NCBI GenBank assembly: GCA_025786725.1
Contig: JAHLTZ010000003.1
Coordinates: 914,863-978,862 of the forward strand
DNA from: Syncephalis fuscata S228
Lineage: Eukaryota > Fungi > Zoopagomycota
Direction: 5' to 3'
DNA length: 64,000 nt
Shown: positions 27,222 through 38,682 of the stretch, in pieces
Layout of the letters: every line of letters starts with the position of its first letter
How positions within the stretch are numbered: position 1 is the stretch's first letter
Translations under genes and position numbers: made by a program
The notes under the pieces: model-generated
The model's input: only the letters and a program-made list of their open reading frames with translations
Databases searched by the model: none
Told to the model about the DNA's origin: nothing

Positions 27222-30000
27222 ACCGACTACATCCCATGAGGTGCTCTCTCTCTTTCTGTCCGTCTCTCTCTCTCTCTCTCTCTCACTGTGTGTGTGTACG
27301 TTTTAATCACTTTCGCTTTATTCTATTCTTAATTCCGCTCTTCTGTCTTTTCCAGTCATTATTCAGAGATCGGATTGAATATTTTCCCTCTTTTTTTCAC
27401 TTGGTCGTCAACATTTCCATTCCCGACTTTCCCGTTGCCCGTTTTGTTAGCCAGTAGAGCTCCTCCGCCTTTCTCATTTGACGGATACCGTTTCCGGCCA
27501 GCTGTTTCCATGACTGAGCATTACTTGCTTGACATCGGCTCATTCTCACTCTTTTGGCTACGTTGATACTCAGCCATTTCCTCTCACAGCGAAGCTGGGC
27601 CAGTTTTCTTTGCTTTATTTGGCCACGTTGTACGGCATCCCCCAGCGCTTTCGCGTCTTCTTAACTACAGCCGCGCACTACTCCGTCTTCACTTGCCTAT
27701 TGCTATCGTACTAGTTTCTCTTTGGTTACTTATACTCCTTTACTGGTTCGTAAACTTACTTCTACGTCCGTGGTCGTCTTCGCCTTAACCGGAATAGTTT
27801 TACTATATCGTATTTTCTTTTATCACTGCTTATTGTAGCTGCTGTTTGCTACGATTACTTACTTGCTGTAGTGTAGTTGTTACTTGCTACCTCTACTCTA
27901 TTCGTGTGTTCTCTTGGTATTTGGCCGTTTATTGCCTTTGCCTCTTCTCTACCCAAGCCTATTATCGGCAGTATACTCTACACCGTTTCCGTGGGCGACT
28001 CCCTCTTTCTTGTCACGCCTGTTGGAGCCGTACAAAAAGCCGTTATTACAGGTAAGCTTAAGGGCTATTATTTAACTGGTGCTCGTGGAAGCAATACTGT
28101 CGAGTGAACTTTTTTCTTTTTCGCCATTTCTACACAACTGTCTCTATAACTAAGCATAGTGCAGTCAACAATAACACAATTGCGTATTCTTTTCTTTTCG
28201 TACTTTTTAGCTGCCATTGCTACGTTTATTTTAAACTACTAGGTGATTATCTGTACAATAGAGGGGTGGGTGTGCATGTGTGTTGCTTTATCGGTCAATT
28301 TTTGTATACAAGCCACTGCCTATTTTATTGAATATTGCTTTATTAAGCATATTTGAATAGCGACAATAGCTCAATTACACCCATCAGCCAAGCATATGAT
28401 GTTCATACTATTTGTATCATTTGTATTCGGTTGATAGAACCGTGCGGTTTTAACGGTTTAAGTTTTGGTCATTAATAAGTTTTTACTTCCTACATATGGT
28501 AGTGGTGAATCTATCGTTAGTGTTGCGTCCATTCCTTTTTCGCTTTATCTGAATCGAATCACTGCCCTTTTCACTCACTCTTTCACCCAACTGTGGCATT
28601 CTTTTACATTCATCCATTTATCTGCCTACCTTTTCTCTCTCTTTCTTTATCTCTTATTTGGTATTCTCCTTCTGCCTAACCTTTTTTGCTGATCTCTACT
28701 GAGGGCTCTTTCTTTAAACGATAGTACGACAACAACGACTACTCATCGTTGACACTTGTCCTTTCTCCTAAATTACTACGTTTCAATCAGTCGATCCTCT
28801 TTTTGTTACTTGTGCGATATTACGACTATATCGCCATAGTCTATCCATCTCTATTGCTTTTTCTTTGGTCTAGGTGGGTAGTAAGAACAGGTTATAGCTG
28901 TATCCATTTTTTTGTCGGTATGCGTCAGTATGCAAGTATGCTGTGTATACTGTTTATGCGTGTATGCGTTTTGATAGGTAGTGTCATTGGCTTGGGGGTG
29001 TATTATGAACGCCAGCAATTATTTTTGACCTTCTCGGCCTTTACTCTCGGCTAATTGTCACAGTGGCAATAGCAAAAAATTGATACGAATAATGATACCA
29101 GTATTGCTACTGCTGCCACCATTACCACACAGCAACAATGTCTATGACGACTATTGCTGGACAGCTTGCTTTTTTCTGTTCCACGCGGTAGCAAAACAAC
29201 GCTGTGGATCTAGATTATCCGCCGTGTTTACTACACTGTGTGCATAAACGTGTGAATGCAAGCCTGTTATTATTATATGTTGTTTCTAGTATGTTGGACG
29301 AAATATACTCCAATTGCATCATCTGCACGAAGGGAACCTCCTACTCACCATGAGGCATACTAGAAACAACATATTGTATATTGGCCGACTATCTACTAGT
29401 TTTGGTTTTTTGTTTCTTAAAACATACCTGCAACAACAGGTAGTCCTGCTACATGTAATAATAGCTTTGGCGACTCATGGTACTGCACACTGTGCGGGAT
29501 ATAGTACCATGGATTGCCAAGGCTATTATTATATACAACAGGCTATGCATTGTTGCAGAGGTGTTTCAAGGGATAAAACTACTATTTTTGAATAGTAGAT
29601 AGCCGAACCAAATATGCCACCTACCGTTATGCATGGCAGTATCGCCTTGAACCCCTTCGGACCTGCAATGTTTAAAAAATTGCCCGATTGGGAAGGAGGG
29701 GAGGTCGATCACGATACCATTCGGTAGTTTTTGCCGTTGTTTGGCAAGCAATGGTCTGTTTCCTGTTTTCTATACTATTCACAGGTACAGTAGCAAATAC
29801 CTACGTTTAATATGCCCCGTTTTTGGCGTTTGTGATTAACGTTATTGTGCAACTACTGCGCTTGGCTTTGTATTTAAATTTGGACAATTTTGCCGTTAAT
29901 GGCATCCAAAGTATATCATTTTATTTTCAGTTTTGACTTGTAAGCTGGCTTTCATTTTACTACATTCTTTCTACTCAAATATAATTGCTATACTCGTGCG

Positions 30001-31155
30001 ATGTTTGTTGCGCTTCCTTTAACACCACCCGTACAAAATACTATTACTAACCACGGCTATTTGCAGTCATCTGATTTGCTTGCTTTTGATTTACCTACCA
30101 ATATGACTAGTCTCATGTCACCCAACATGGCCGCACCCAGCCCAGCACTTAGCGAAGCCGATTCGTCGGCCAGCAACAGCCGTCCATCGTCAAAGCGTGC
30201 CTACGATGATGCAGGTGTTGCAGAAGACTCTGATTCTGATGGCGGTGCCGTCACACCTGGTCGCGATAAGCGCGCTGGTCGCCGTAAGATCAAGATTGAA
30301 TACATCGAGGACAAGAGCCGTCGCCACATTACCTTCAGCAAGCGTAAGGCTGGTATTATGAAGAAGGCCTACGAGCTAAGCACGTTGACTGGCACACAAG
30401 TATTGTTACTTGTTGTATCTGAAACCGGCCTTGTGTATACATTTACTACACCAAAACTTCAACCAATTGTCACTAAGCCAGAAGGCAAGAACTTGATCCA
30501 GGCCTGCTTGAATGCACCAGATCCAATGCCAGATAATGTCCAGTCATCGGTCAGTGCTAGTCCAACATCTATTCGTGGCGGACCACAAACTCCAGGCTAT
30601 CCACAAGACCATGGTGCCATTGCCGATCCACATGGTGATATGACTGCCGCCGCCGCCGCCGCTGCCGCTGCCGCCGGTCTTTACAGCCCACCACCCGTTG
30701 GTGCTGACCCACATAAACAGGCTCATACACCCGGCTTATCGGCTCAACCAGGCTATCCATTAGGCTTGGCTAATCTCGGCTATGCTTCACAGCCAACTAC
30801 CGTTGGTTATCCAAGTAGTCCAATGAACGCTATTGCACAACAATACGGTGCCGTTGCCAACTCGTACTCGCCAGTGGGTCCATACACATCAACACCGCAA
30901 CCAGCACACTATGGCACATCGGCCGCCGCAGCTGCATCGGTCTACGCTCCATACTGGAATGGCCACCCACACGGTGCCGGTAATTACGCTGCACAGTCGC
31001 AGCCACATCCTCTCGGTATGTCCCCTGCTTCACAGCAATTTTCTTCGCAGTATCATAATGGCTTAGTACATTTGACAGATATGGACAATCGCCATCTATT
31101 GAATGGTGCCTCTAACTCAAGAAAGCCTGGTGATGATAAGACACCCAAGGTGTAA
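30001..31155 (+). CDS. MCM1: SRF-type MADS-box transcription factor Mcm1
   Basis: GRRKIKIEYIEDKSRRHITFSKRKAGIMKKAYELSTLTGTQVLLLVVSETGLVYTFTTPKLQPIVTKPEGKNLIQACLNAP. The true start may be a downstream Met. Confidence 0.97.
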   Translation: MFVALPLTPPVQNTITNHGYLQSSDLLAFDLPTNMTSLMSPNMAAPSPALSEADSSASNSRPSSKRAYDDAGVAEDSDSDGGAVTPGRDKRAGRRKIKIEYIEDKSRRHITFSKRKAGIMKKAYELSTLTGTQVLLLVVSETGLVYTFTTPKLQPIVTKPEGKNLIQACLNAPDPMPDNVQSSVSASPTSIRGGPQTPGYPQDHGAIADPHGDMTAAAAAAAAAAGLYSPPPVGADPHKQAHTPGLSAQPGYPLGLANLGYASQPTTVGYPSSPMNAIAQQYGAVANSYSPVGPYTSTPQPAHYGTSAAAAASVYAPYWNGHPHGAGNYAAQSQPHPLGMSPASQQFSSQYHNGLVHLTDMDNRHLLNGASNSRKPGDDKTPKV

Positions 31156-32240
31156 ATTCGACAATGATAGAGCGCATCGTCCTTTTTATTATGACACTTT
31201 CTTTACCGCCACCAGATCAGCGATGATGGTGATGTTGATATGATATGGATCAGTATTAACACTTGATATAGCTGTGTTATTAGCTGATTCATATCACTGG
31301 TGCGGATTGTTTGTTGGTTTGCGTTTTTCTATGTTTATCGTCGTTCGCCAAATGCTTATTTTCCTTTTTTCATTTTGCTTGCGTTTCGGCGTACTCTCCT
31401 TATCACTGCTTGTTTTTCTCTTGCATATCCTCACGTTTGCATGTACGTCGCGTCGTTATAGATTATAGATTCAATATTTTATCACGGTAATTACAATTAT
31501 TATTGCGTGACACTTACACGCGTACGTAACTTTTCATCAATCTGTTAATAGAAAGTAGATAAAGAAGAAAAGTTGTACGCGTGTACTATAGTTACACAGC
31601 TAGTAATTGCCGATGATTGATGATGCGTAGTATGATATAATCTTTGCGATAGATTTGACGATGCAGTGAATATACACTTAGTTTCCTTTTTCTCTTTCTT
31701 GATGATCCTTTGCACCTTGCGCACGATTTATTTAGGATACTATATTCTTTACGTGCATCATCTCCTACATCTATTATTTGGCATAGTAATTTGTAGTCTC
31801 GAATGAGAGTGCACATGCGCATGATTGTGTGCGTAGATGTTTGCTGTGCCCAGTAGGACTTTTGTAACATGAACATCTTATTCTCGACTAAAATATATTT
31901 TCAGTAATTAGAATTTTAATGTTTTATTTCACATGTGTTAGTGTTTATTAACAAGTATTTAATACATATATAATCTATAAACTTTAGATGTATCTTTTGA
32001 TTGTCCAATAATTAATAATAGTATTTTATTATGTCAATGCATTTACAATCTACTTCTTTTTGCTTCGTTTAATGCTTTATTCCAAATTGGCTATTATTTA
32101 ATTAACAAATGTATTAATTTAAACGAGTAGTATAACACATCACATACAATAGCATATATATCATCTATTAATTTCAAATGCGTATAATTTTAATTGTTTA
32201 AAACCAATAATAATAAAGATTACGTTGATGCTTTCATAAT

Positions 32241-32999
32241 CTACTTCTTTTTGCCTTCCTTCTTTCGAATGGTCTCGTCACCGACGAAAATACCCTTTTG
32301 ATTATAAGGTTCAGGTACTCGCCAACGTCGTATGGCGGCTGCAAATTGAGCTACTTCCTGGCGATCCACGCCCGATAGAACAATACGTGTTGAATTGGGT
32401 ACGGATGCTGTTACGCCGTCTGGCAATGGCATTTCAATTGGATGTGAGTAGCCTAGTTTAAGCCCAATAACGCGCCCATCTTGCTCAAGACTGGCACGAT
32501 AACCGACACCTACAAGTCGAAGTGGCAAGTTGTAACCTTCTGTGACGCCTTGAACGGCATTTGCAATTAATGCTCGCGTAGTACCCCACATTGCTCGCTG
32601 TTGCTTCTTGCTAGCATCATCGACACGTACCGTAATGGTAAAATCAGTCTCTGGATCGTCCTTACTAGCTGTCGTCGCTGTCTTAATTGGCGCCTTTGTT
32701 ACTTTTTTAGCTGTAATTGTCGTTGTAGGTTCGCTAGCGCCCATTGGCTGTAGATCCAGCTTAACAAATGGCTGAATGGGCACTGAGACACTGCCTAGAG
32801 GACCGTCGATCTTCAGCGTGCCTGCTGGACCAAACGCGCCTACTGAAGTGGTTGGTGGGATGTGTTGTAATGATACTTCGCGTCCATACTTCACGGGTGC
32901 CCGTCCAATATGTGAATATCGTTGAGGCACCACTAGTTTACTCGCAAGTATGTTTTGTTTGCGAATAATTGCACTTATTGTGCGTGTTGATTGCAACAT
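32241..32999 (-). CDS. MRPL6: Mitochondrial ribosomal protein uL6m
   Basis: Basic presequence then SHIGRAP, RAMWGTTRALIANAVQGVTEG, LRLVGVGYRA, LKLGYSHPI, WRVPEPYNQKGIF. Confidence 0.96.
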   Translation of the reverse strand: MLQSTRTISAIIRKQNILASKLVVPQRYSHIGRAPVKYGREVSLQHIPPTTSVGAFGPAGTLKIDGPLGSVSVPIQPFVKLDLQPMGASEPTTTITAKKVTKAPIKTATTASKDDPETDFTITVRVDDASKKQQRAMWGTTRALIANAVQGVTEGYNLPLRLVGVGYRASLEQDGRVIGLKLGYSHPIEMPLPDGVTASVPNSTRIVLSGVDRQEVAQFAAAIRRWRVPEPYNQKGIFVGDETIRKKEGKKK

Positions 33000-33384
33000 G
33001 TTCAAACTAGACTCGAATCGCTCACTAGCTTGACAAAACAGCAATGTATATATACTAGATCGGAATTGGATTAAAAAATAGTAGAAAAAAGCAATAGCAC
33101 AGCTGCAAATTTTTACAGTAAAAACTATTGAATTAACGTGACGCTTTTCATAGCACAAATTGGCAATTATAATAGATTCATTATCCAGTACGCATATATG
33201 CTCTATCCATCCATACTATTCCTATAGTATATTCATACTATTATATATATAGAATAATATATTAGATACATTCCATTTACTTTACTTATTGAGTTATATA
33301 TATTATGATTTTAGCACTGTTACTTATACTTTCTTATTGTACATTTATTATATTGTTATCATTTTATTGTATAATAACCACACG

Positions 33385-34400
33385 CTATTTAATCATCCCA
33401 TCATCACTTATTGCTTTTTTGGAGGACAAATGGCTAACATCTAATAACGCCCAATCTATTGAACATGATGATGGGTGGTGAGTTACATCAGTCATCAAAT
33501 ACTCATCAGCATAGATTCGTTATCCAGTATGCATATATCCACCGTTTACCTATATCATTCCCATTCTGTCCCACACTACTATGTATCATTCTGCGATACA
33601 CTAGACACATTTTATTGTTTATACGCGGCAATATACTTTGCTCCTTCCACTCATTCCACTATACACGCTGTAGCTTTGACATGGTTTTATATGCTTTCTT
33701 ACCATACACTTACCATTCTATATATCATTTTATACTCATCTAGTCCTCCTCTATCCAAATCTGGTTTTATTTTTATTCTAGCTTTATTATTAATAAAAGT
33801 TGACTAATTCCGCTCATTGATCATGCATATATGCTCATTAACTTTAATATTGCTAATCTCGTTTAATATTGCATATTCATTATAATGTTTATCATATTAT
33901 TATATATTGGCCATACGCTGTCTATAGCTGTTGTCGGTATAATTCCAACTCTTTTATTAATGAAAATTGACATATCGCACTTAGTTTGTTCACTGAGTTA
34001 TATTGATAGAACAAATAATATGGATATGAACGGTTATGTTTTATTAAGATTATTTATAAATAAACTAGATCATGCCAATTAGTCATGATTTTAATGTCAA
34101 TCGAGCAAAGTGACGGGTATACATAGTAATAACACTTATTGTATTGATATATGCATATTGGATAATGAATCTACAATAATGAGTATTTGATGATTGATGT
34201 CACTCACTGCCCATCGTCATGTTCAATAGATTAAGCGTTATTAAATGTAGTCATTTGTCCCCCAAAAAAGCAATAAGTGTGATGATGTGACGATTAAATA
34301 AAACTCACCACTTGTCCCCATCTTCAATAGAACGAAAATGTAGTTCAACTACGCGAATGTTATTAAATTTAGTCATTTGACACCCAAATCATAATATAAT
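33385..34400 (+). mobile_element. Repeat family A copy 2 (most complete; ~170-bp inverted arms)
   Basis: Left TTATTGCTTTTTTGGAGGACAAATGGCTA..CTATTGAACATGATGATGGG..ATGCATATATC mirrors right GATATATGCAT..CCCATCGTCATGTTCAATAG..TAGTCATTTGTCCCCCAAAAAAGCAATAA. Confidence 0.9.
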
Positions 34401-35332
34401 CTAATGATTTGATAATTTAATAAAAATGATTATTCAATAAAATAAACGTTTAGTTTGACTGGGGAGTGCTGTCAAACAAGTCAATTGGTACCAATCATAA
34501 TAATTGTTTATTCATATTACATCAGCACTTGCACCCACACTATAAAAACAGACTGCCGATCGCATAGCACACGATTTACGTCACACCTTCCTCTTTCTCA
34601 TCCACCACACTTGACAGCATTTATCCACTAGCCACCTTTCCACTTGCACTTGTTTCCATAAGTTCAGTATATGCTTTGCTTGCTATATGTCATTGTTAGT
34701 CTATTAGTATGAGCATGCCTAGTCTCGGTACTACATACCGCCCTGCTGTATGGCGCCATACAGCAGTGCTAGCGGTATCGTTTTACCTTGTGGGCAGCTG
34801 CTAGTATGCTAACTATGATGGATATATGCTACTAAACAACATGCACTGTTCTCTTTCTCTTTCTCTTTCTCTTTCTCTTCCTCATTCTCTCTCTTTTCTT
34901 CTTCATTCTTTTCTTCATCCTTCTTTTTTCTAACGTTCCATTACTTACCGTACTAGCAACAGTGTATGCTGGATATATGCTACCAAGCATATACTGTTCC
35001 TTTCTCACCCTCTCCTCATCATTTCCTCTATATCTTCCATTGCTCACCGTGCTAGCAATAGTGTGTTTAGCTATGGTAGTAGCATATGGTGGCACTCTGT
35101 ACTGGCCATACAGCAGTGCCATTATATGCACTGCCTGTAAACACCTGCTAGCACGATGTTGCATTGGCAGCTCTTCTTCTCTTTCCCTTTTCACTTTAAC
35201 AAACCACTTACCGGTCCTTCTTTATGATACACTGATTATGCAATGGTAAGTAACTAACTTAAATCAGTCACTAACTCTGCATATAATGCTTTAGATTTAC
35301 AAGCCATCAAGTATCAAGTTCAAGGACAATGA

Positions 35333-37282
35333 CGATTAGTGTGTTAGCGGCCGGCTACCAAACAATATAACAATTAATGTTATATTGATGACTTTAGATT
35401 TAGATTACTAACTTACTAACCTGTATTGATAATTACAGCTTTATATTATAAATAAAAATCACCAAATTGTTTTAGTGTGCTAGCGGCCGGCTACACAACA
35501 TTGCAACATACTAACTTTATATGTATTGTTTTAGATTTAGGTACTTGGACACTAACACTAACACTTGTTGATTATTATAGATTTTAGATAGCCGAACACC
35601 AACATCGACACCAACACCAACACCAACATCAACACCAACACCAACATCGACACCAACATCAACACCAACATCAACACCAACATCGACACCAACATCGACA
35701 CCAACATCGACACCAACATCGGCGCCAACACCAGTACCAGCACCAACAACACCAGTACCAACACCAACAACATCAGCACCAACACCAGTACCAGCACCAA
35801 CAACACCAACAACACCAACATCGACATCAACACCAACACCAACACCGACACCAACACCGACACCAACACCGACATCGACACCAACATCAACACCAACATC
35901 GGCGCCAACACCAGTACCAGCACCAACACCAACAACATCAACACCAACGCCAACACCGACATCAACACCAACACCAACATCGACACCAACACCAACACCA
36001 ACATCAACACCAACACCAACATCGACACCAACATCAACACCAACATCAACACCAACATCAACACCAACATCGACACCAACATCGGCGCCAACACCAGTAC
36101 CAGCACCAACAACACCAGTACCAACACCAACAACATCAGCACCAACACCTGTACCAGCATCAACAACACCAACATCGACACCAACAACACCAACACCAAC
36201 AACATCAACACCAACATCGGCGCCAACACCAGTACCAACACCAACAACATCGACACCAACATCGGCGCCAACACCAGTACCAGCACCAACAACACCAGTA
36301 CCAACACCAACAACATCAGCACCAACACCAGTACCAGCACCAACAACACCAACAACACCAACAACACCAACATCGACATCAACACCAACACCAACACCAA
36401 CACCGACATCGACACCAACATCAACACCAACATCGGCGCCAACACCAGTACCAGCACCAACACCAACAACATCAACACCAACGCCAACACCGACATCAAC
36501 ACCAACACCAACACCAACATCAACACCAACACCAACATCGACACCAACATCAACACCAACATCAACACCAACATCGACACCAACATCGGCGCCAACACCA
36601 GTACCAGCACCAACAACACCAGTACCAACACCAACAACATCAGCACCAACACCTGTACCAGCATCAACAACACCAACATCGACACCAACAACACCAACAC
36701 CAACAATATCAACACCAACATCGGCGCCAACACCAGTACCAACACCAACAACATCAGCACCAACACCTGTACCAGCATCAACAACACCAACATCGACACC
36801 AACAACACCAACACCAACAACATCAACACCAACATCGGCGCCAACACCAGTACCAACACCAACAACATCGACACCAACATCAGCGCCAACACCAGTACCA
36901 GCACCAACAACACCAGTACCAACACCAACAACATCAGCACCAACATCGGCGCCAACACCAGTACCAGCACCAACAACATCAACACCAACACCAGTACCAA
37001 CACCAACAACACCAACACCAACATCGGCACCAACACCAATACCAGCACCAACAACACCAACAACATCAACACCGGCACCAACACTAACATTATTATTGTT
37101 ATTTAGATTTTAGATCGCCGGCCATGGACACATTAATGTAAGTATTATTATTATAAATAGCCGGCCGCTAGCACACTGAAACCAAATATAAAATATAAAT
37201 TCAGGACAATTGTCTACTAACGTACTAACATTGTATTTATTATTTTAGCATTGTAGGTAGCCGGCCGCTAACACACTAATCG
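35333..37282. repeat. 1.95-kb segment bounded by nested perfect inverted repeats
   Basis: 27-bp IR at 35333-35359/37256-37282 (CGATTAGTGTGTTAGCGGCCGGCTACC) and 20-bp IR at 35474-35493/37158-37177 (AGTGTGCTAGCGGCCGGCTA). Confidence 0.85.
35595..37088 (+). repeat. (ACACCA)-based minisatellite with higher-order repeats; one + frame reads as Pro/Thr-rich [12 protein letters not shown]
   Basis: Hexamer/trimer variants ACACCA, ACATCG, GTACCA, GCACCA over ~1.5 kb, with longer blocks repeated internally; no ATG on the + strand. Confidence 0.9.
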
Positions 37283-37759
37283 CGATTTTAAATAAGTAAG
37301 TAATGTGATACAGCAGTTGTAGCAGTATCCATCATAATTTGTATGTGGTGGTATACTGCCACCAATAAACGGTGATATACCATCACAACAATAGCAACAA
37401 TAGCAACAATAGCAACAATAGCAACTTCACAAGTACTTGATGTGACATCATCAAGACTAATTGATACTATTGCTATCAATTAACAGCAAGATTAAAAAAG
37501 AAATATTGGATCAATTAATAATATATTATTTATTGGTAATATCAAACAATAATAAGTTTGATATTACCAAACAATATCAGAGCAAAGCATTAAATAAAAG
37601 CACATAGCTACTAAATAAGTAGATGCAAAGGTTTATACTTTTGCATCTCTTAATCAACAACAATCAATACAATATAGTTTATTGTATTTAATAATGTTAA
37701 TTGTAATAATAAATATTATACAATTAGTATATTTATACATATTAGCTACTCATCATTAA

Positions 37760-38545
37760 GTAATTAATCTACTGAGCATGATGATGGGTGATGAATGACA
37801 TCACTCATCAAATACTCGTCATCATAGATTCGTTATCCAGTATGCATATATCCATCTTTTACCTATATCATTCCCATTCTGTACCACACTACTATGTATT
37901 ATTCTACGATACACTAGACACATTTTATTGTTTATACGCGGCAATATACTTTGCTCATTCCACTCATTCCACTATACACGCTGTAGCTTTGACATGGTTT
38001 TATATGCTTTCTTACCATACACTTACCATTCTATATATCATTTTATACTCATCTAGTCCTCCTCTATCCAAATCTGGTTTTATTTTTATTCTAGCTTTAT
38101 TATTAATAAAAGTTGACTAATTCCGCTCATTGATCATGCATATATGCTCATTAACTTTAACACAGCTATTCGTCATTTCACATCGTATATTCTTTATATT
38201 GCATATAATTTTATTGTCTAGTATATGTGCGCTAGCTATTGCAGTTATTTTTTGTTCTAGCTTTATTGTTAACAAAGTTCGACCAATGTCGGTCATCTGC
38301 TTATTAGATTATATTTATTTATTTATTTATTTATTTTAAGCTCATAGCAAACAGAATGCGTTCAGTATGTTATCAAATAATATGAATAGTATGAAATAGA
38401 ATGGAAATAATGCAAGTAAATGGTGGATATATGCATACTGGATAATAAAGCTACAATAATGAGCATTTGATGATTGATGTCACTCACCACTCATGTTCAA
38501 TAGATTGGGTGTTATTAAAAATAGTCATTTAACATCAAATCATAT
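37760..38545 (+). mobile_element. Repeat family A copy 3
   Basis: ~37810-38160 is near-identical to ~33500-33845; the interior then differs; inverted right arm GATATATGCATACTGGATAAT..CATGTTCAATAG. Confidence 0.85.
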
Positions 38546-38682
38546 TAAACTATTAATAAATAGTACCTACTATCGCCCAATGCGGACAAAGATCAATCAC
38601 CAATTAAATGCATTCAATTACTTCATAATTAATTGCAAATAAAAACAACTATATTAATGTAACTAATAATAAGATTTATAAT

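Noticed and set aside
2649-31155. Velvet, Skn7 and Mcm1 regulators within 30 kb as a functional cluster
   Set aside because: Interspersed with unrelated housekeeping genes; no evidence beyond chance without synteny data.
35558-37090. 510-aa Leu/Val/Met ORF on the minus strand
   Set aside because: Shadow of the ACACCA satellite, which almost never produces stop codons; an uninterrupted 500-aa aliphatic chain is implausible.
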